A stretch of DNA of 64,000 nt from a virus, in the IMG/VR virus record IMGVR_UViG_3300021962_007571, positions 1-64,000 of that record; one strand, written 5' to 3'. Shown one piece after another: positions 21,426 through 32,095 of the stretch. How positions within the stretch are numbered: position 1 is the stretch's first letter; every line of letters starts with the position of its first letter. The position numbers and the translations under genes were made by a program. The notes below the pieces were generated by a model. The model searched no databases and was not told where the DNA came from. It saw nothing but the letters and a program-made list of their open reading frames with translations.

Positions 21426-21470
21426 TTTTACAATTCTTGTTATTTATTAGATATACAAAAGCCTTAAAAT

Positions 21471-23138
21471 ATGAAAAATCTGGTAAATAAGATTGAAACG
21501 TTAGAAGAGGAAGTTCAGAAAAATGAAAAGGACTTCGCAAAAAAATTCTTCATTAACGAAATGAAAAAAATAGGAATAGAAAGACTACCCTACTCATATA
21601 GTTCCCTTAAAAGATTTATTGACCCTGAAACTATGGATGTTCACTATAACAAACATTATAAAGGGTATGTCGAAAAATTAAATTTAGCCTTAGATAAGAA
21701 AAAATTTGGTGATTTAGATTTAGAACAAATTGTTAAAACTATTAGTAGATTTAATAAAACTGTTAGAGATAATGCGGGTGGTGCTTACAATCACGCTTTA
21801 TTTTGGAAAATGTTGTCACCAAAAACTCAAAAACCAAAAGGTATGATTTTAAAACGTGTTGAAAAAGAATACGGTACCTTTGGTAATTTTAAAAAGAAGT
21901 TTGAGGAAATTGCTAAAGAAAGATTTGGTTCTGGTTGGGTTTGGTTAGTAGTAACAAAAACTAATAATCTAAAAATAATGTCCACCCCAAATCAAGACAA
22001 TCCTTTGATGAACGATGTTAAAAATGGTGGATATCCAATATTAGGATTAGATTTATGGGAACACGCATATTATCTAAAATATCGTAATAAAAGAGACGAA
22101 TACATTAAAAACTTTTGGGATGCGGTTAATTGGGATTTTGTAGAAAAATTATACAAAATGAAAATTGAAACAAGAATTGATGAGGATATTGTGATGCAAC
22201 AACTTATGAACGCTTCCAATAAAGACATCATCACAGAACAAGAAGCTAAGTCTCAAAGTTGTTCTCACGGTGAAGAAATAAAATTTAAACAATTACTATT
22301 TCCCTCTTCAGATTTAAAACAAAAAACAACCCTCTATTCAAGATTCAAACAAGACTATGTTAGAGGATGGATGGATATACTTAAAAAATCGTATCCTGAA
22401 AATTGGAAAGAAAAAAATTCTTTATTTGTTGGTCACGAATCAGGTTTATACAATAAAGAAAACGTTAGGTCGTTACTAATGAACTTAACTTCATCTTATT
22501 CGGCATTCTGTATTATTCATAAGGATGTTAATCAATATTTAGTCCAAAATAATCAATCACCAATAGAATACACAAACGACCCAAAACACAATTTGTCTGA
22601 ATTAAGAAGATTTTTCTCAGTTTTAGATGGTATTCGTTCGATTATTTTTAATAGAGAAAATCAATCAAATACTTTAAAACAAATTGGAGGAGTTCTTAAA
22701 AAAACAGATTGTCTTGGTAAAAGAAATGAGGACGCCGCTTGTAAAATAATTAATCAAAATTTAGGTGATGGTTCTTGTAAGATAGAATCAGGTGCGGGAC
22801 ATTCAAATGATATGTTATCAGGTATTGACGCAACATTAAAATTAGAAGGTAATAATTTAACCGCTCAAATAAAACCTTACAAAACAATTGTGGTTTCTGA
22901 TAATTTTGTAGCAATACAAGGGTCCTCAAGTACTCAAGAATATAAAAAGGTTGATACTATCATTTTTGTTAATGTAAAATCACTATCTGTTAAAATATTC
23001 AAAACTAATAATATTAAAATTGAAAAGGGTAACTTTTTAATTCCAAAAGAAAATGAAATTATGTCTATTGTTGGAACAGGAGATATTGAACTAATTGATT
23101 GTAACAAATATTTATCAGAAAACGCAATATGGGAATAA
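21471..23138 (+). CDS. sodA: Mn/Fe superoxide dismutase fused to a C-terminal PD-(D/E)xK-like domain
   Basis: HYNKH, GGAYNH, FGSGWVW, PNQD, DLWEHAYY (GG plus NQD is the Mn-type signature); about 320 extra C-terminal residues. Confidence 0.9.
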   Translation: MKNLVNKIETLEEEVQKNEKDFAKKFFINEMKKIGIERLPYSYSSLKRFIDPETMDVHYNKHYKGYVEKLNLALDKKKFGDLDLEQIVKTISRFNKTVRDNAGGAYNHALFWKMLSPKTQKPKGMILKRVEKEYGTFGNFKKKFEEIAKERFGSGWVWLVVTKTNNLKIMSTPNQDNPLMNDVKNGGYPILGLDLWEHAYYLKYRNKRDEYIKNFWDAVNWDFVEKLYKMKIETRIDEDIVMQQLMNASNKDIITEQEAKSQSCSHGEEIKFKQLLFPSSDLKQKTTLYSRFKQDYVRGWMDILKKSYPENWKEKNSLFVGHESGLYNKENVRSLLMNLTSSYSAFCIIHKDVNQYLVQNNQSPIEYTNDPKHNLSELRRFFSVLDGIRSIIFNRENQSNTLKQIGGVLKKTDCLGKRNEDAACKIINQNLGDGSCKIESGAGHSNDMLSGIDATLKLEGNNLTAQIKPYKTIVVSDNFVAIQGSSSTQEYKKVDTIIFVNVKSLSVKIFKTNNIKIEKGNFLIPKENEIMSIVGTGDIELIDCNKYLSENAIWE

Positions 23139-24241
23139 TATCAGAACCACACAGGTCAAAATTATACACAAGAGTTAAACATCTTTTAGGTGCACCGATA
23201 AGAAGTGTCGAATTAGAAGATGAAATGTTAGACTCGTTATTAGAATTAGCAATTGGAGATTATTCACAATATATCCAAGATTGGTTAATTGAATCTCAAT
23301 GGTCGGCATTACAAAATTTAAATTTAGATGAACAATCTTTAGCCAGAGCTTTTGTAACTAGAAGTTTAGACTATGAAACACGTTATAGTTACGCATATTC
23401 TAAAATTGTTGGACTACAGGCTGGTGGTGATTGGGTGTTGAAAAAAGATTTTATTGAACTTAAAAAAGGTCAACAATTGTATGAAATACCTAAAGGTAGA
23501 GAAATCAATGAATTACTTTGGTTTACACCTGCTGAGTTAACAAATATTTTATTTGACCCTTGGTCTTTTGGGGCTATGGGTGGACCTGGACTTGGAGGTC
23601 CTGGCGGATACTCTCAATTAGGTTATAGTGGTTCTTATTTCTTAATGCCTGCGTTTGATATGTTGTTAAGAATGCAAGAAATTAACATACAGAGAAGAAT
23701 TATTTCTTCAGAATTAACATATAGAATCACCGCGTTACCTGATGGTAAAAAAATGGTTCATTTAATGAACACACCAGGAGGTAAATTTGATTTTGGTAAT
23801 TCAAATTTTTACAGTGGTAAAGTTTGGTATTGGTATTATGATGTTGATGGCCCAGATAGAGATAAGTGTTTGGCAGAAAATCCTGATATTATCAAACTAC
23901 CTTCAGATGTTCCTTTTGATGAAATAGCTTGGATTGATTTAAATAACCCCGCCCAACAATGGGTTAGAAGATGGTTTATCGCTCTTTGTAAAGAAACGTT
24001 AGGAAGAGTTAGAGGGAAGTATAGTGGTAACTTAAAAACACCTGATAGTGAATTAACTATGGATTATCAAAGTTTATTAACTGAAGGTAAAGATGAAAAA
24101 TCTAAGTTAGAAGAAGAACTTAAACTAAGGTTAGAGAGAATGAGACCTGAAAAAATGATGGAGAAAGAAGCTTTAACCGCAGAAAATTTAAATAAGGCAA
24201 TGAAATTTAGAGCAATGCCAAGACAAATATACGTAATTTAA
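23129..24241 (+). CDS. Neck/head-tail connector (gp13-like)
   Basis: LLGAPIRSVELEDE N-terminus; WVRRWFIALCKETLGRVRGKYSG...LLTEGKDEKSKLEEEL C-terminus. Confidence 0.75.
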   Translation: MGIISEPHRSKLYTRVKHLLGAPIRSVELEDEMLDSLLELAIGDYSQYIQDWLIESQWSALQNLNLDEQSLARAFVTRSLDYETRYSYAYSKIVGLQAGGDWVLKKDFIELKKGQQLYEIPKGREINELLWFTPAELTNILFDPWSFGAMGGPGLGGPGGYSQLGYSGSYFLMPAFDMLLRMQEINIQRRIISSELTYRITALPDGKKMVHLMNTPGGKFDFGNSNFYSGKVWYWYYDVDGPDRDKCLAENPDIIKLPSDVPFDEIAWIDLNNPAQQWVRRWFIALCKETLGRVRGKYSGNLKTPDSELTMDYQSLLTEGKDEKSKLEEELKLRLERMRPEKMMEKEALTAENLNKAMKFRAMPRQIYVI

Positions 24242-24245
24242 TTAT

Positions 24246-24581
24246 ATGGGAATAATACGAAATACACCTTCAGAAAGAATAGTACAAGGTAAATTGGTTG
24301 TATCATCAGAACAAGTTATAGTTTCTGATTCACAATTTAAAACAAGAGGTGAAGGTGTTGTAATTGTAAAAGGTATCGACAGTAGTAAAGTTATTTTAGA
24401 CCACACAACAACTGATAGAGTAGTGATTAAGGCATTAACTAAAGTATTAATAATACCTATGAATGGCAAAATTGACGATGAATATGATGAACTTTTATTA
24501 GATAAAGGTTCTTGTGTGGAATTTTCATATTGTATTGGAAATTGGTACATACTAAGTTCAGACGGATTAAAAATGAGTTAA
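24246..24581 (+). CDS. Small beta-rich hypothetical structural protein
   Basis: Follows the neck gene with a 4-nt gap and ends at a terminator. Confidence 0.55.
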   Translation: MGIIRNTPSERIVQGKLVVSSEQVIVSDSQFKTRGEGVVIVKGIDSSKVILDHTTTDRVVIKALTKVLIIPMNGKIDDEYDELLLDKGSCVEFSYCIGNWYILSSDGLKMS

Positions 24582-24585
24582 AAAT

Positions 24586-24612
24586 AAAAGGGGGTTTTAG
24601 ACCCCCTTTTTT
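24586..24612. terminator. Bidirectional intrinsic terminator
   Basis: AAAAGGGGGT-TTTAG-ACCCCCTTTT between convergent genes. Confidence 0.85.
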
Positions 24613-27325
24613 AATTTATATATTCTTCCCATCCTTCTTCCGCCAACTCATACATATAATCGGGACTTAATCCTCTTTTATCCCAATACTTTAATTCTTG
24701 TTCTGAGATATCCAAAACATCTTCTTGTAGTCTATCTTGACCTGATGGGTCAAATGGTTTCCCGTTAATCAATTCACATTGTTCTTTGGTAAACAATCCA
24801 CGTTTTTCAGGGTCTAAAACTAATAAGTTATCTCTAACCTCATCTTTAAACACAACTAATAAAGGTTCAATACGTTTATTAAACGTTGTAATAGCTCGTG
24901 GGACATTATACTCACCTGTTAAGTCAGGATTATCTTCTAACGCTTTACTGTCTAACATATAACAGTTTAATACTGTTTCTTCACCTTTCTTTTGTACGTC
25001 ACCGTGAGATGCTCTAATTCCGTTATTAACATAAAATATGACATCACCTAAGTTAATATTAAGTCCGTGTTTGATGGCTAATTCCATATGAGCCATTTTA
25101 CTCATAGACCCACCCGACTTTGTTTTTTGAGTACTTCTAATTCTATAATCTTCTAAAGACAATTTAACTTTAGCTCTTTGGGCAATTTGTTTTAATGGAA
25201 TCTTTTGGTCAAATATTTTCTGTAAGTATTCGTAATACCACTCAACAAATTCTTGACCTTTACCCTCTAACAATAGTTTAACTCCTTTATCCAAAAATGC
25301 CTCAATATATAAAGGTAGTTTTTTAGATTTAATAGTGTTACCCGTTAACTTAACTTTACCTTTGGCATCCATAACCGCATAGTTCTTACGAGCCAAGTTA
25401 ATACAAGAAGGCCAAGTACCATCAGTATCTAACGCCATTTCACCTCTCATAAATAAATCGTTGAACTCCGCAACGTCCGCGTCATCGCCAGTATATTCCT
25501 TACCCTCTTTAACTTTCCAATTTAAACCTTTACCGATATAACGTCTGTTTTCCCATCCTTCAGGTTTAGAGAAGTTCACACCGTCCGTATCCATTACAAG
25601 AGGGGTATATCCTCGTTTCATAAAGAACTTAATCATCATACGAAGATATTGTCTTCCTGTACAAGTAATCTGTTCACCCATATACATATCACCCCAAGCA
25701 AATACCTGTGGAGCTGATAACGCACCGAACATCGAGTTAATAAAAATCTTAATTGGTAACTGTTTACGGTCATAAGATAACGACTTCTTAGGGTCGGTTT
25801 TCTCATATTGACCCGCCAAGTTTTTATACAAGATACGAGTATCACGGAAGTACTTCAACATCGCTTTCATACCACCTGTAACGTCACATTCAGGAAATAC
25901 ATCGTGTACCAACTGAATAGAAGGGTATAGGGAACTAAAGTCAAGTTTCAATACGTTTCTTGAGTAACCTACTTTAAGTAGTCTTGATAAACCACCAACA
26001 AAGTCTGTTTTATCTTGTTTTTTAGGTATTGCTAACTTGAACTTATAAGACCAAGCTAACATTAACATTTTCCATAATGTTGCGGTACCCATAGTTGAAA
26101 CTCTTTCGTAGGTTGTCGGAATCATAGATGCCAACAAAAATGAACCCTGATTAAATTCATCATCGACAACAAGAGTTTCTTCCAAGTCATCGTCAAGATA
26201 TCTTTCAACTACATTATCACCTGTTACTTTAATGTAAGTACCAGGAAATCTAACATCTAAATTATCAAATTCAGGTTTGTCGGCTCTCTTATACTTACCG
26301 TTAGTAACGTTTAACCAATACTCTTCTTTTTTGGCATACATAGGACCAATCTCTAAATGGTCAATATATACACGGTCTTGAGCCTCAGCATCAATATATT
26401 GAGTAATGTATTTCAAACCTGCAGACTTAATACTTGAATTAATTGCCTGAGCTCTACGTACAGAGTGAATAATATCAATTACGTTGTAACCCCAAATTGA
26501 TACTTGATTGAATCGTTCTACTTCATTCGCAAGTTTCAACATACTCTCTTTTTGAGATATGGTTCTTGCAGGATTCAATGAACGGCAAACCTTTTTAATG
26601 TCTAAATTAAGTGCCTTACATCTTTCAAATATCCAAAACCAGTCGAAGTTAGCTGAATTGTAACCACCAATAATACTTGGTTTTATTTCGTCAATAATGT
26701 TAAAAAACTGAACTAACCCCTGTCTTTCTTGTTCTTCAGTTGCACATTCGATTACCTTTTGATAACCTTTGTTAGTTTTTATTCCAATCATAAAGATACG
26801 ACCGTCCTTAGGTTCAAGTGCGGTCGTCTCTAAGTCGAATACAAGTCGAGTAACATCATTGTACTCCTCATATCCTTTAAATAAACGTTTTTCTCTTTGT
26901 ATTAAGTATTGTTCTACAGGAGGTAGAATCATAATTAAATCTTTCGCCCTTTCACTCCAAGGGTCTAAACCACCATCTCTAAAGAATTGGATTAGAGTAC
27001 GGTAACCTTTTAAAGATTTAACCATATACTTAAGACCTTGTTCCATTCTATCATTACCTTTAGTTTCTAACTTTTCGATAACAATACCATATTTGGTCAT
27101 ATTTTCTTTTTGAGCGCCTTTAGAATTTTGATAAAAGTTTAAACCTTTCAAATCTCCAACCCACGCAAATGCAATAAAACTGTCTTTTTGGATTACTTTT
27201 CCCTGACCAGGGATTTCTTTAATTTTGTAAATTGAATCTGACACATAATCAAATTCGACCGCCACGATAAATTCTTCGGGGTCATTACCTTCAAGGAAGG
27301 ATTTAATTTCTTCTTGACTAATCAT
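24611..27325 (-). CDS. polB: Family B DNA polymerase
   Basis: Exo motifs DLETT, GYNSANFD, YLDDD; polymerase motifs DFSSLYPS, KIFINSMFG, MDTDG. Confidence 0.95.
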   Translation of the reverse strand: MISQEEIKSFLEGNDPEEFIVAVEFDYVSDSIYKIKEIPGQGKVIQKDSFIAFAWVGDLKGLNFYQNSKGAQKENMTKYGIVIEKLETKGNDRMEQGLKYMVKSLKGYRTLIQFFRDGGLDPWSERAKDLIMILPPVEQYLIQREKRLFKGYEEYNDVTRLVFDLETTALEPKDGRIFMIGIKTNKGYQKVIECATEEQERQGLVQFFNIIDEIKPSIIGGYNSANFDWFWIFERCKALNLDIKKVCRSLNPARTISQKESMLKLANEVERFNQVSIWGYNVIDIIHSVRRAQAINSSIKSAGLKYITQYIDAEAQDRVYIDHLEIGPMYAKKEEYWLNVTNGKYKRADKPEFDNLDVRFPGTYIKVTGDNVVERYLDDDLEETLVVDDEFNQGSFLLASMIPTTYERVSTMGTATLWKMLMLAWSYKFKLAIPKKQDKTDFVGGLSRLLKVGYSRNVLKLDFSSLYPSIQLVHDVFPECDVTGGMKAMLKYFRDTRILYKNLAGQYEKTDPKKSLSYDRKQLPIKIFINSMFGALSAPQVFAWGDMYMGEQITCTGRQYLRMMIKFFMKRGYTPLVMDTDGVNFSKPEGWENRRYIGKGLNWKVKEGKEYTGDDADVAEFNDLFMRGEMALDTDGTWPSCINLARKNYAVMDAKGKVKLTGNTIKSKKLPLYIEAFLDKGVKLLLEGKGQEFVEWYYEYLQKIFDQKIPLKQIAQRAKVKLSLEDYRIRSTQKTKSGGSMSKMAHMELAIKHGLNINLGDVIFYVNNGIRASHGDVQKKGEETVLNCYMLDSKALEDNPDLTGEYNVPRAITTFNKRIEPLLVVFKDEVRDNLLVLDPEKRGLFTKEQCELINGKPFDPSGQDRLQEDVLDISEQELKYWDKRGLSPDYMYELAEEGWEEYIN

Positions 27326-27417
27326 TTATATATTTTTTAAAGTGGTTTATTAGCTGCCGTATATAACGACATTTACCTTACCTCAATAAATATAAAAATT
27401 TTAAAGATTTAAGTCAA

Positions 27418-27801
27418 TTAGCAACAAGGATTATCTGAAATAAAACTATCTTGGATATTGACAAACAATCGTTCTCTGATTGGGACGATTAGGTCTCCTT
27501 GGTCATTTTTTAACATAAACTGACCTTCGTATCTACCGACCTTATTGGTGTCTTTCTTTTTGAATTGGTAGTAAATATAATATTCTGTAGGAGTATTTGG
27601 GTCTACAAAAGTTTTTGAGACAAACCCTGCGGCTTTACCAGTTATCTTAGGGATACCTGTTTCAGTATCAATCATAGTGAAAATAATAGAAGAAGATTCT
27701 ATCAAATCCATAAATTTATGATAGTCACTTCTACCATCTTTAACTACTTGCATTTTAAGAATAGGTAGGGTTGCGTTCTTTTTAATAAAAAATTCCATCA
27801 A
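27418..27801 (-). CDS. BppU-N/Ig-like small structural protein
   Basis: FFIKKNATLP...YYQFKKKDTNKVGRYEGQF..LIVP pattern; upstream TATTTAT motif. Confidence 0.5.
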   Translation of the reverse strand: MMEFFIKKNATLPILKMQVVKDGRSDYHKFMDLIESSSIIFTMIDTETGIPKITGKAAGFVSKTFVDPNTPTEYYIYYQFKKKDTNKVGRYEGQFMLKNDQGDLIVPIRERLFVNIQDSFISDNPCC

Positions 27802-27863
27802 ACTTTTTATAATAAATACATTGTAATTTAAAATAATGATATAACTATGCTTATTTTACTTCA

Positions 27864-28667
27864 TTACAACATAATATCAAAATATTCTCTCCAATCAGAT
27901 TTAATTAAATGAAATAAATCTTTTTGTTTAGAATAACAGATATCAAATATCTTCTCATCACTACCAATATATCCATCATTAATTGACTCTTCTATTGTAT
28001 TAACAACTAAGTCCAATAAATTATCTATTAAATGTGAAGGTAATAAAAATGCGGTTCCCTGTATATGTCTTATCTGTGATAAACTATGATATTCTTTATT
28101 TGGTATTGTAAAATCTTCATTGTGACTAAAAAATGTGATTTTGTTAGGGTCCAAAGATTTAACTTTTAATATGTTTGGCCATTTTTTGTTTTTATAAAGA
28201 TTAATATCATTTCTTAAACCTCCAGCATCTGCCCAAATAACAATATCATTATTAAAATAATTGTTGTCTATAGTGTCTTTAAGAAAAAAAACTTTGTTAA
28301 ACATTATTATGTTGTATAAAGGTTGACACATTTCGGGAACATCGGGGAAACTAACCTTAGATTTAAAATCTTCTGAAAACATTAGACCACTTAAAGAGTC
28401 GTAATATTTTTGATACATAGGTAACTCAGATAGAGGTTTCTCAATAAAGATAGTTTTTTCAAGATTAGGGTCAAACTCTTTTCTATATTTAGTTAATTCG
28501 TCAACAAATTTAGATTCTGTGTATACCACAATATTACAATCTAATGATAGTGTATTTCTCATCCACCAACCATAGGTGTGATAAGACATTCTAAAATTAT
28601 TCCAATTTTCTCTACCAATATCATATAGAGCCATTACTATAACAGGATTATTTATATCCATTCCCAA
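27864..28667 (-). CDS. HtrL/YibB (WlaTC)-like glycosyltransferase
   Basis: VMALYDIGR, YNIIMFNK..F, WADAG, GSDE patterns. Confidence 0.65.
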   Translation of the reverse strand: MGMDINNPVIVMALYDIGRENWNNFRMSYHTYGWWMRNTLSLDCNIVVYTESKFVDELTKYRKEFDPNLEKTIFIEKPLSELPMYQKYYDSLSGLMFSEDFKSKVSFPDVPEMCQPLYNIIMFNKVFFLKDTIDNNYFNNDIVIWADAGGLRNDINLYKNKKWPNILKVKSLDPNKITFFSHNEDFTIPNKEYHSLSQIRHIQGTAFLLPSHLIDNLLDLVVNTIEESINDGYIGSDEKIFDICYSKQKDLFHLIKSDWREYFDIML

Positions 28668-29407
28668 TTAACTTTAATATTTTTATGTTGAATATCCACT
28701 TCGTTTACATCAAAATAATTTGAAGTGTTATCAGAGTTTATTAATGTACTTAATTTAAATCCGTACTTATTTAAAACTGTAGGGACAAATCCTTCAGAAT
28801 ATGCGTAATACCCGTTATTGTTAAGCTCAAGTAATTTTTTTAACGCCTTATTTGAAAATCTTGTTGTCGGGAAAAACGAACCAAACATTTCGTTAGTTTC
28901 TTCAGGTAGTACGTCTCCGTCACCAGGAAATCTATCAAACCAAAGACTTTTTGAGAAAGTTTTATTGTCAATAGTTGGCACATTTTGTTGTGAGATTACC
29001 CCGTCTTTTTTAAAACAAAAATATGACATAAAATCAGAATCATCTTTGTCTGTTCCTAAGAAAAACTCTTCCCAATTTTTTATTTTAATATCATCATCAA
29101 AAAACCAATAAAAATCGTAATTAGGATTTTTCACATAAAAGTATAACATCCTTAAATGAGCAAAAAACCAAATAATATTTCTATTACCATACGAGTTCCA
29201 ATAATGATTTTTACTAACATCTATGTTAAAATTAAGATTTTCTCTAATTTCTTTTTCGGTATATTTAAATCCGACATCAAATGAAGAATCATTTGTAATA
29301 TCTGACACCCAAATTAATCTTTTATCTTCTTTTGGAAAATTATTCCAATTATCAACATAACTTGGGTACATATTAGGTGTTGTACAAACACAATTTATAT
29401 TATTCAT
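28652..29407 (-). CDS. Putative GT-A glycosyltransferase
   Basis: YDFYWFFDDDI (DxD), RFSNKAL, YSEGFVPT; inside the GT operon. Confidence 0.55.
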   Translation of the reverse strand: MNNINCVCTTPNMYPSYVDNWNNFPKEDKRLIWVSDITNDSSFDVGFKYTEKEIRENLNFNIDVSKNHYWNSYGNRNIIWFFAHLRMLYFYVKNPNYDFYWFFDDDIKIKNWEEFFLGTDKDDSDFMSYFCFKKDGVISQQNVPTIDNKTFSKSLWFDRFPGDGDVLPEETNEMFGSFFPTTRFSNKALKKLLELNNNGYYAYSEGFVPTVLNKYGFKLSTLINSDNTSNYFDVNEVDIQHKNIKVNWEWI

Positions 29408-30218
29408 ATTCTTTAGTTAAAATTTCATTCCATTCAGGAATTCTATTAAATTGATGTACTATATCGTACTTTAAATTTTCGTGAGTAAAAACTTCATTAC
29501 CGACTAACTGAGCAACTCCGCCATATCTACCTATAAATCCGTTTTTAAAACCCCAACTTTCAAAAAATTGTGTTGGTCCGCCTAAAGCACAATGTAACGT
29601 CCACCCTTCAGTAACTTCAAATATTCTTAAATTATCAATTTTATTTTCAAATATCATAATAATTAAAGCCGCTTGGTCTTTAATGTTGTGGTTATTTAAT
29701 CCGTTTTCACACATCAAAAACAGTTCATCGTACAATTTAATTAATGACTCTCTTTTACCTCCAATAACTCCTGAACAAATAATGTCTTGATTTAAACACT
29801 TACCAAAGTATTCGGGAAAAACCTTATTTATTACGTCAGTATTCCAAGGTTCCTGTATTAATTTTAACCCTTCAGAACCTACAAATACGTCATAGTTTAA
29901 ATCCATTTTAGTAAAAGGGTCTGATTGGAATACAACATCAAAAACGTCAGTGATTAAGAATAAATCTATATCACTAGTTTTTAAAAATTCTAATGTTTTA
30001 CCAAGTCTTTTATGATTAATATAATAGGTATCGTCAATACTAACAGGTATTGATATGATACCAATTTCTTCACACATTTTAATTTCTTCTTCAGTTGAGT
30101 TGGCACATAATAGGATAATATCACCATCCGAATATTTTTTAAAACTTTTTGACCATACTTTTATTTTATTAAAATTTAATTTAATATTATTTGATAATCC
30201 TAATAACGCTTTTTTCAT
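29400..30218 (-). CDS. Putative GT-A glycosyltransferase with PLOD/LH3-GT-like motifs
   Basis: ITDVFDVVFQSDP, ICSGVIGG, KDQAAL, VHQFNR. Confidence 0.6.
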   Translation of the reverse strand: MKKALLGLSNNIKLNFNKIKVWSKSFKKYSDGDIILLCANSTEEEIKMCEEIGIISIPVSIDDTYYINHKRLGKTLEFLKTSDIDLFLITDVFDVVFQSDPFTKMDLNYDVFVGSEGLKLIQEPWNTDVINKVFPEYFGKCLNQDIICSGVIGGKRESLIKLYDELFLMCENGLNNHNIKDQAALIIMIFENKIDNLRIFEVTEGWTLHCALGGPTQFFESWGFKNGFIGRYGGVAQLVGNEVFTHENLKYDIVHQFNRIPEWNEILTKEYE

Positions 30219-30225
30219 ATGTTTT

Positions 30226-30795
30226 TTAACAATTATTTAAAGATAAATTTAATTCTTCATTAAAGTTTAAAATTGTCGGCCAAAGATACTCAACACAGTA
30301 ATTGGTTTGATTTATTATTTCAGTTTTAGACAAAGTTTCTTTTATTTTTTTATAATATTCTAAACTATTTTTTAATATTAATTTTTTAGATACTATACAT
30401 TGGGCAGAACTAATAAATTTTATTGGTTGGTTATATGAAATATTATTTCTATTTGCATATTCTATTGTCTTTTCTAATTCATTACCGTCTCGAATATAAG
30501 TACAACCTAAAGGATAAAATTCGGTTTTAAAATCAAAACCATTAACTTTTTCAATAAACGACGGGCAATGGTCAAAAGGATAATCTTGAGAGAAACAAAC
30601 ATAGTCAGGTAAGTTTTCATAATTATCTATCATATATGTTAGATACGCAATAGTGTCGAAACCAACATTAGGTAAATTATTTTCAAACTTACTATTATTT
30701 TCAGGATTTTTATTATAGACAATGTTAGGGTATTTTATATTACTTAACCATTCTAAATTTCTATTGTAATGACAAACAATTACTACCAAATCCAT
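30226..30795 (-). CDS. DUF3431-like protein (putative glycosyltransferase)
   Basis: CHYNRNLEW, YNK, LPNVG, YLTYMIDNYENLPD, QDYPFDH, AQCIVSK, EYLW. Confidence 0.65.
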   Translation of the reverse strand: MDLVVIVCHYNRNLEWLSNIKYPNIVYNKNPENNSKFENNLPNVGFDTIAYLTYMIDNYENLPDYVCFSQDYPFDHCPSFIEKVNGFDFKTEFYPLGCTYIRDGNELEKTIEYANRNNISYNQPIKFISSAQCIVSKKLILKNSLEYYKKIKETLSKTEIINQTNYCVEYLWPTILNFNEELNLSLNNC

Positions 30796-30797
30796 TT

Positions 30798-32048
30798 TTA
30801 TAATTTTCCTTCAATTTTATCACACCATCCTTTAGATTCAGAATGAGGCCATACAACCCAATACGATGGTTTTTCTGCGGTTAAAAATTCTCTCCAAATT
30901 TTACAATAACCATCTTTATCATTCTTCAATCTATTGATTTCATTTTTATCGGCGTCTTTTCTATGTAAAGTTTCACCACCTTCTCTATGAAACGCAACCA
31001 CCCAAAAATCGTAATCCGTTTCAGATACTTGACTTAAACTAACATCAATACAATGTTTAAAAATTTGTGAAAAACTATTAATCCATTCTTCTTCATTTTC
31101 AAAATTATATGTGTTAGGAGGATATTTTTTATCTAAAGTTTCTTGTTGTACTGCCCTTTTACCAAATAAAATACCCGCATATTTTTCATAGTCACGTAAA
31201 GTTCTTTCAGTACCAAAACCAAAAATACCAAATTCTTCAGGGTCAAATACTTCACCATCCATACTAAATAATCTTCTATTTTTAGAATGTGAAAATTTAT
31301 TCTTCTCTCCCCAAGTTTTATCATCATCCCATTGTTTAGTTCTACCTTTACGAGTGTATTCGTGCCAACAAATAATTTTATGTGGGTGAAATAAATCATA
31401 TCCGTGAGTATAAGCTCTTGCGGCAATAGAAATTTCTTCACCGTGGAAATAAAATTCAGGGTCGTGTTGTACTTCTTTGGCAAACGAGCCTAAAGTAAAT
31501 GCGAAATGTGCGGAATAGAACCTACTCGGTACTGGTTCTTCTAAAGTATCCCAATTAGGGATTGTTTCAGGTAAAAAGAATATCGCGCCTTCAGGAATAA
31601 ATCTATCAAAAGACATTCTCCAAGGAACCATAACTCTACCATTTGGGTCGTTCTCTGGGTCAAAAGAAGATACATAACTTGTTAGTAAAGGTTTTTTATA
31701 ACCCTTTTCTTGTAGTTGTTTAATCATATTAATAGACATCTCATCCCAATCTTGTTGAAATCTCATATGAGAATCTATTTGTAAAGTATACTCTTCTCCA
31801 TCATATAACTGTTGAGTTAGATTTCTTGCCCAACAAACACCTTTAGACTCTTCATAAGGAATATTTAAAATTCTAAATCTATTATCATTTTCATACTCAG
31901 ACAAATCATCAAACTTATCATTAGGGTGAAATTGTCTTGCAATTGAAAAAATTAAGTTCTCAGGATTTTTAGCCTTACTAATGGCATCCTTAATAGTTGG
32001 TATTAGTTGGGGGTCTCGATAAGACGCAATTTGGATAAAAATTTTCAT
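30798..32048 (-). CDS. GT60-type polypeptide/hydroxyproline N-acetylglucosaminyltransferase
   Basis: IFIQIASYRD, SKGVCWAR..Q.LY.GE.Y.LQIDSHMRF, FHGEE...RAYTHGYD, ERTL.DYE match the Gnt1/OGNT (GlcNAc) family pattern. Confidence 0.8.
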   Translation of the reverse strand: MKIFIQIASYRDPQLIPTIKDAISKAKNPENLIFSIARQFHPNDKFDDLSEYENDNRFRILNIPYEESKGVCWARNLTQQLYDGEEYTLQIDSHMRFQQDWDEMSINMIKQLQEKGYKKPLLTSYVSSFDPENDPNGRVMVPWRMSFDRFIPEGAIFFLPETIPNWDTLEEPVPSRFYSAHFAFTLGSFAKEVQHDPEFYFHGEEISIAARAYTHGYDLFHPHKIICWHEYTRKGRTKQWDDDKTWGEKNKFSHSKNRRLFSMDGEVFDPEEFGIFGFGTERTLRDYEKYAGILFGKRAVQQETLDKKYPPNTYNFENEEEWINSFSQIFKHCIDVSLSQVSETDYDFWVVAFHREGGETLHRKDADKNEINRLKNDKDGYCKIWREFLTAEKPSYWVVWPHSESKGWCDKIEGKL

Positions 32049-32095
32049 ATCATTATTTTAGATACTAAAATATAATAAACAAAGAGTGAATATAA

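Noticed and set aside
24611-27325. Intein or intron in the polymerase or helicase
   Set aside because: Motif spacing and lengths are normal; no Cys...His-Asn splice junctions or homing endonuclease motifs were seen.
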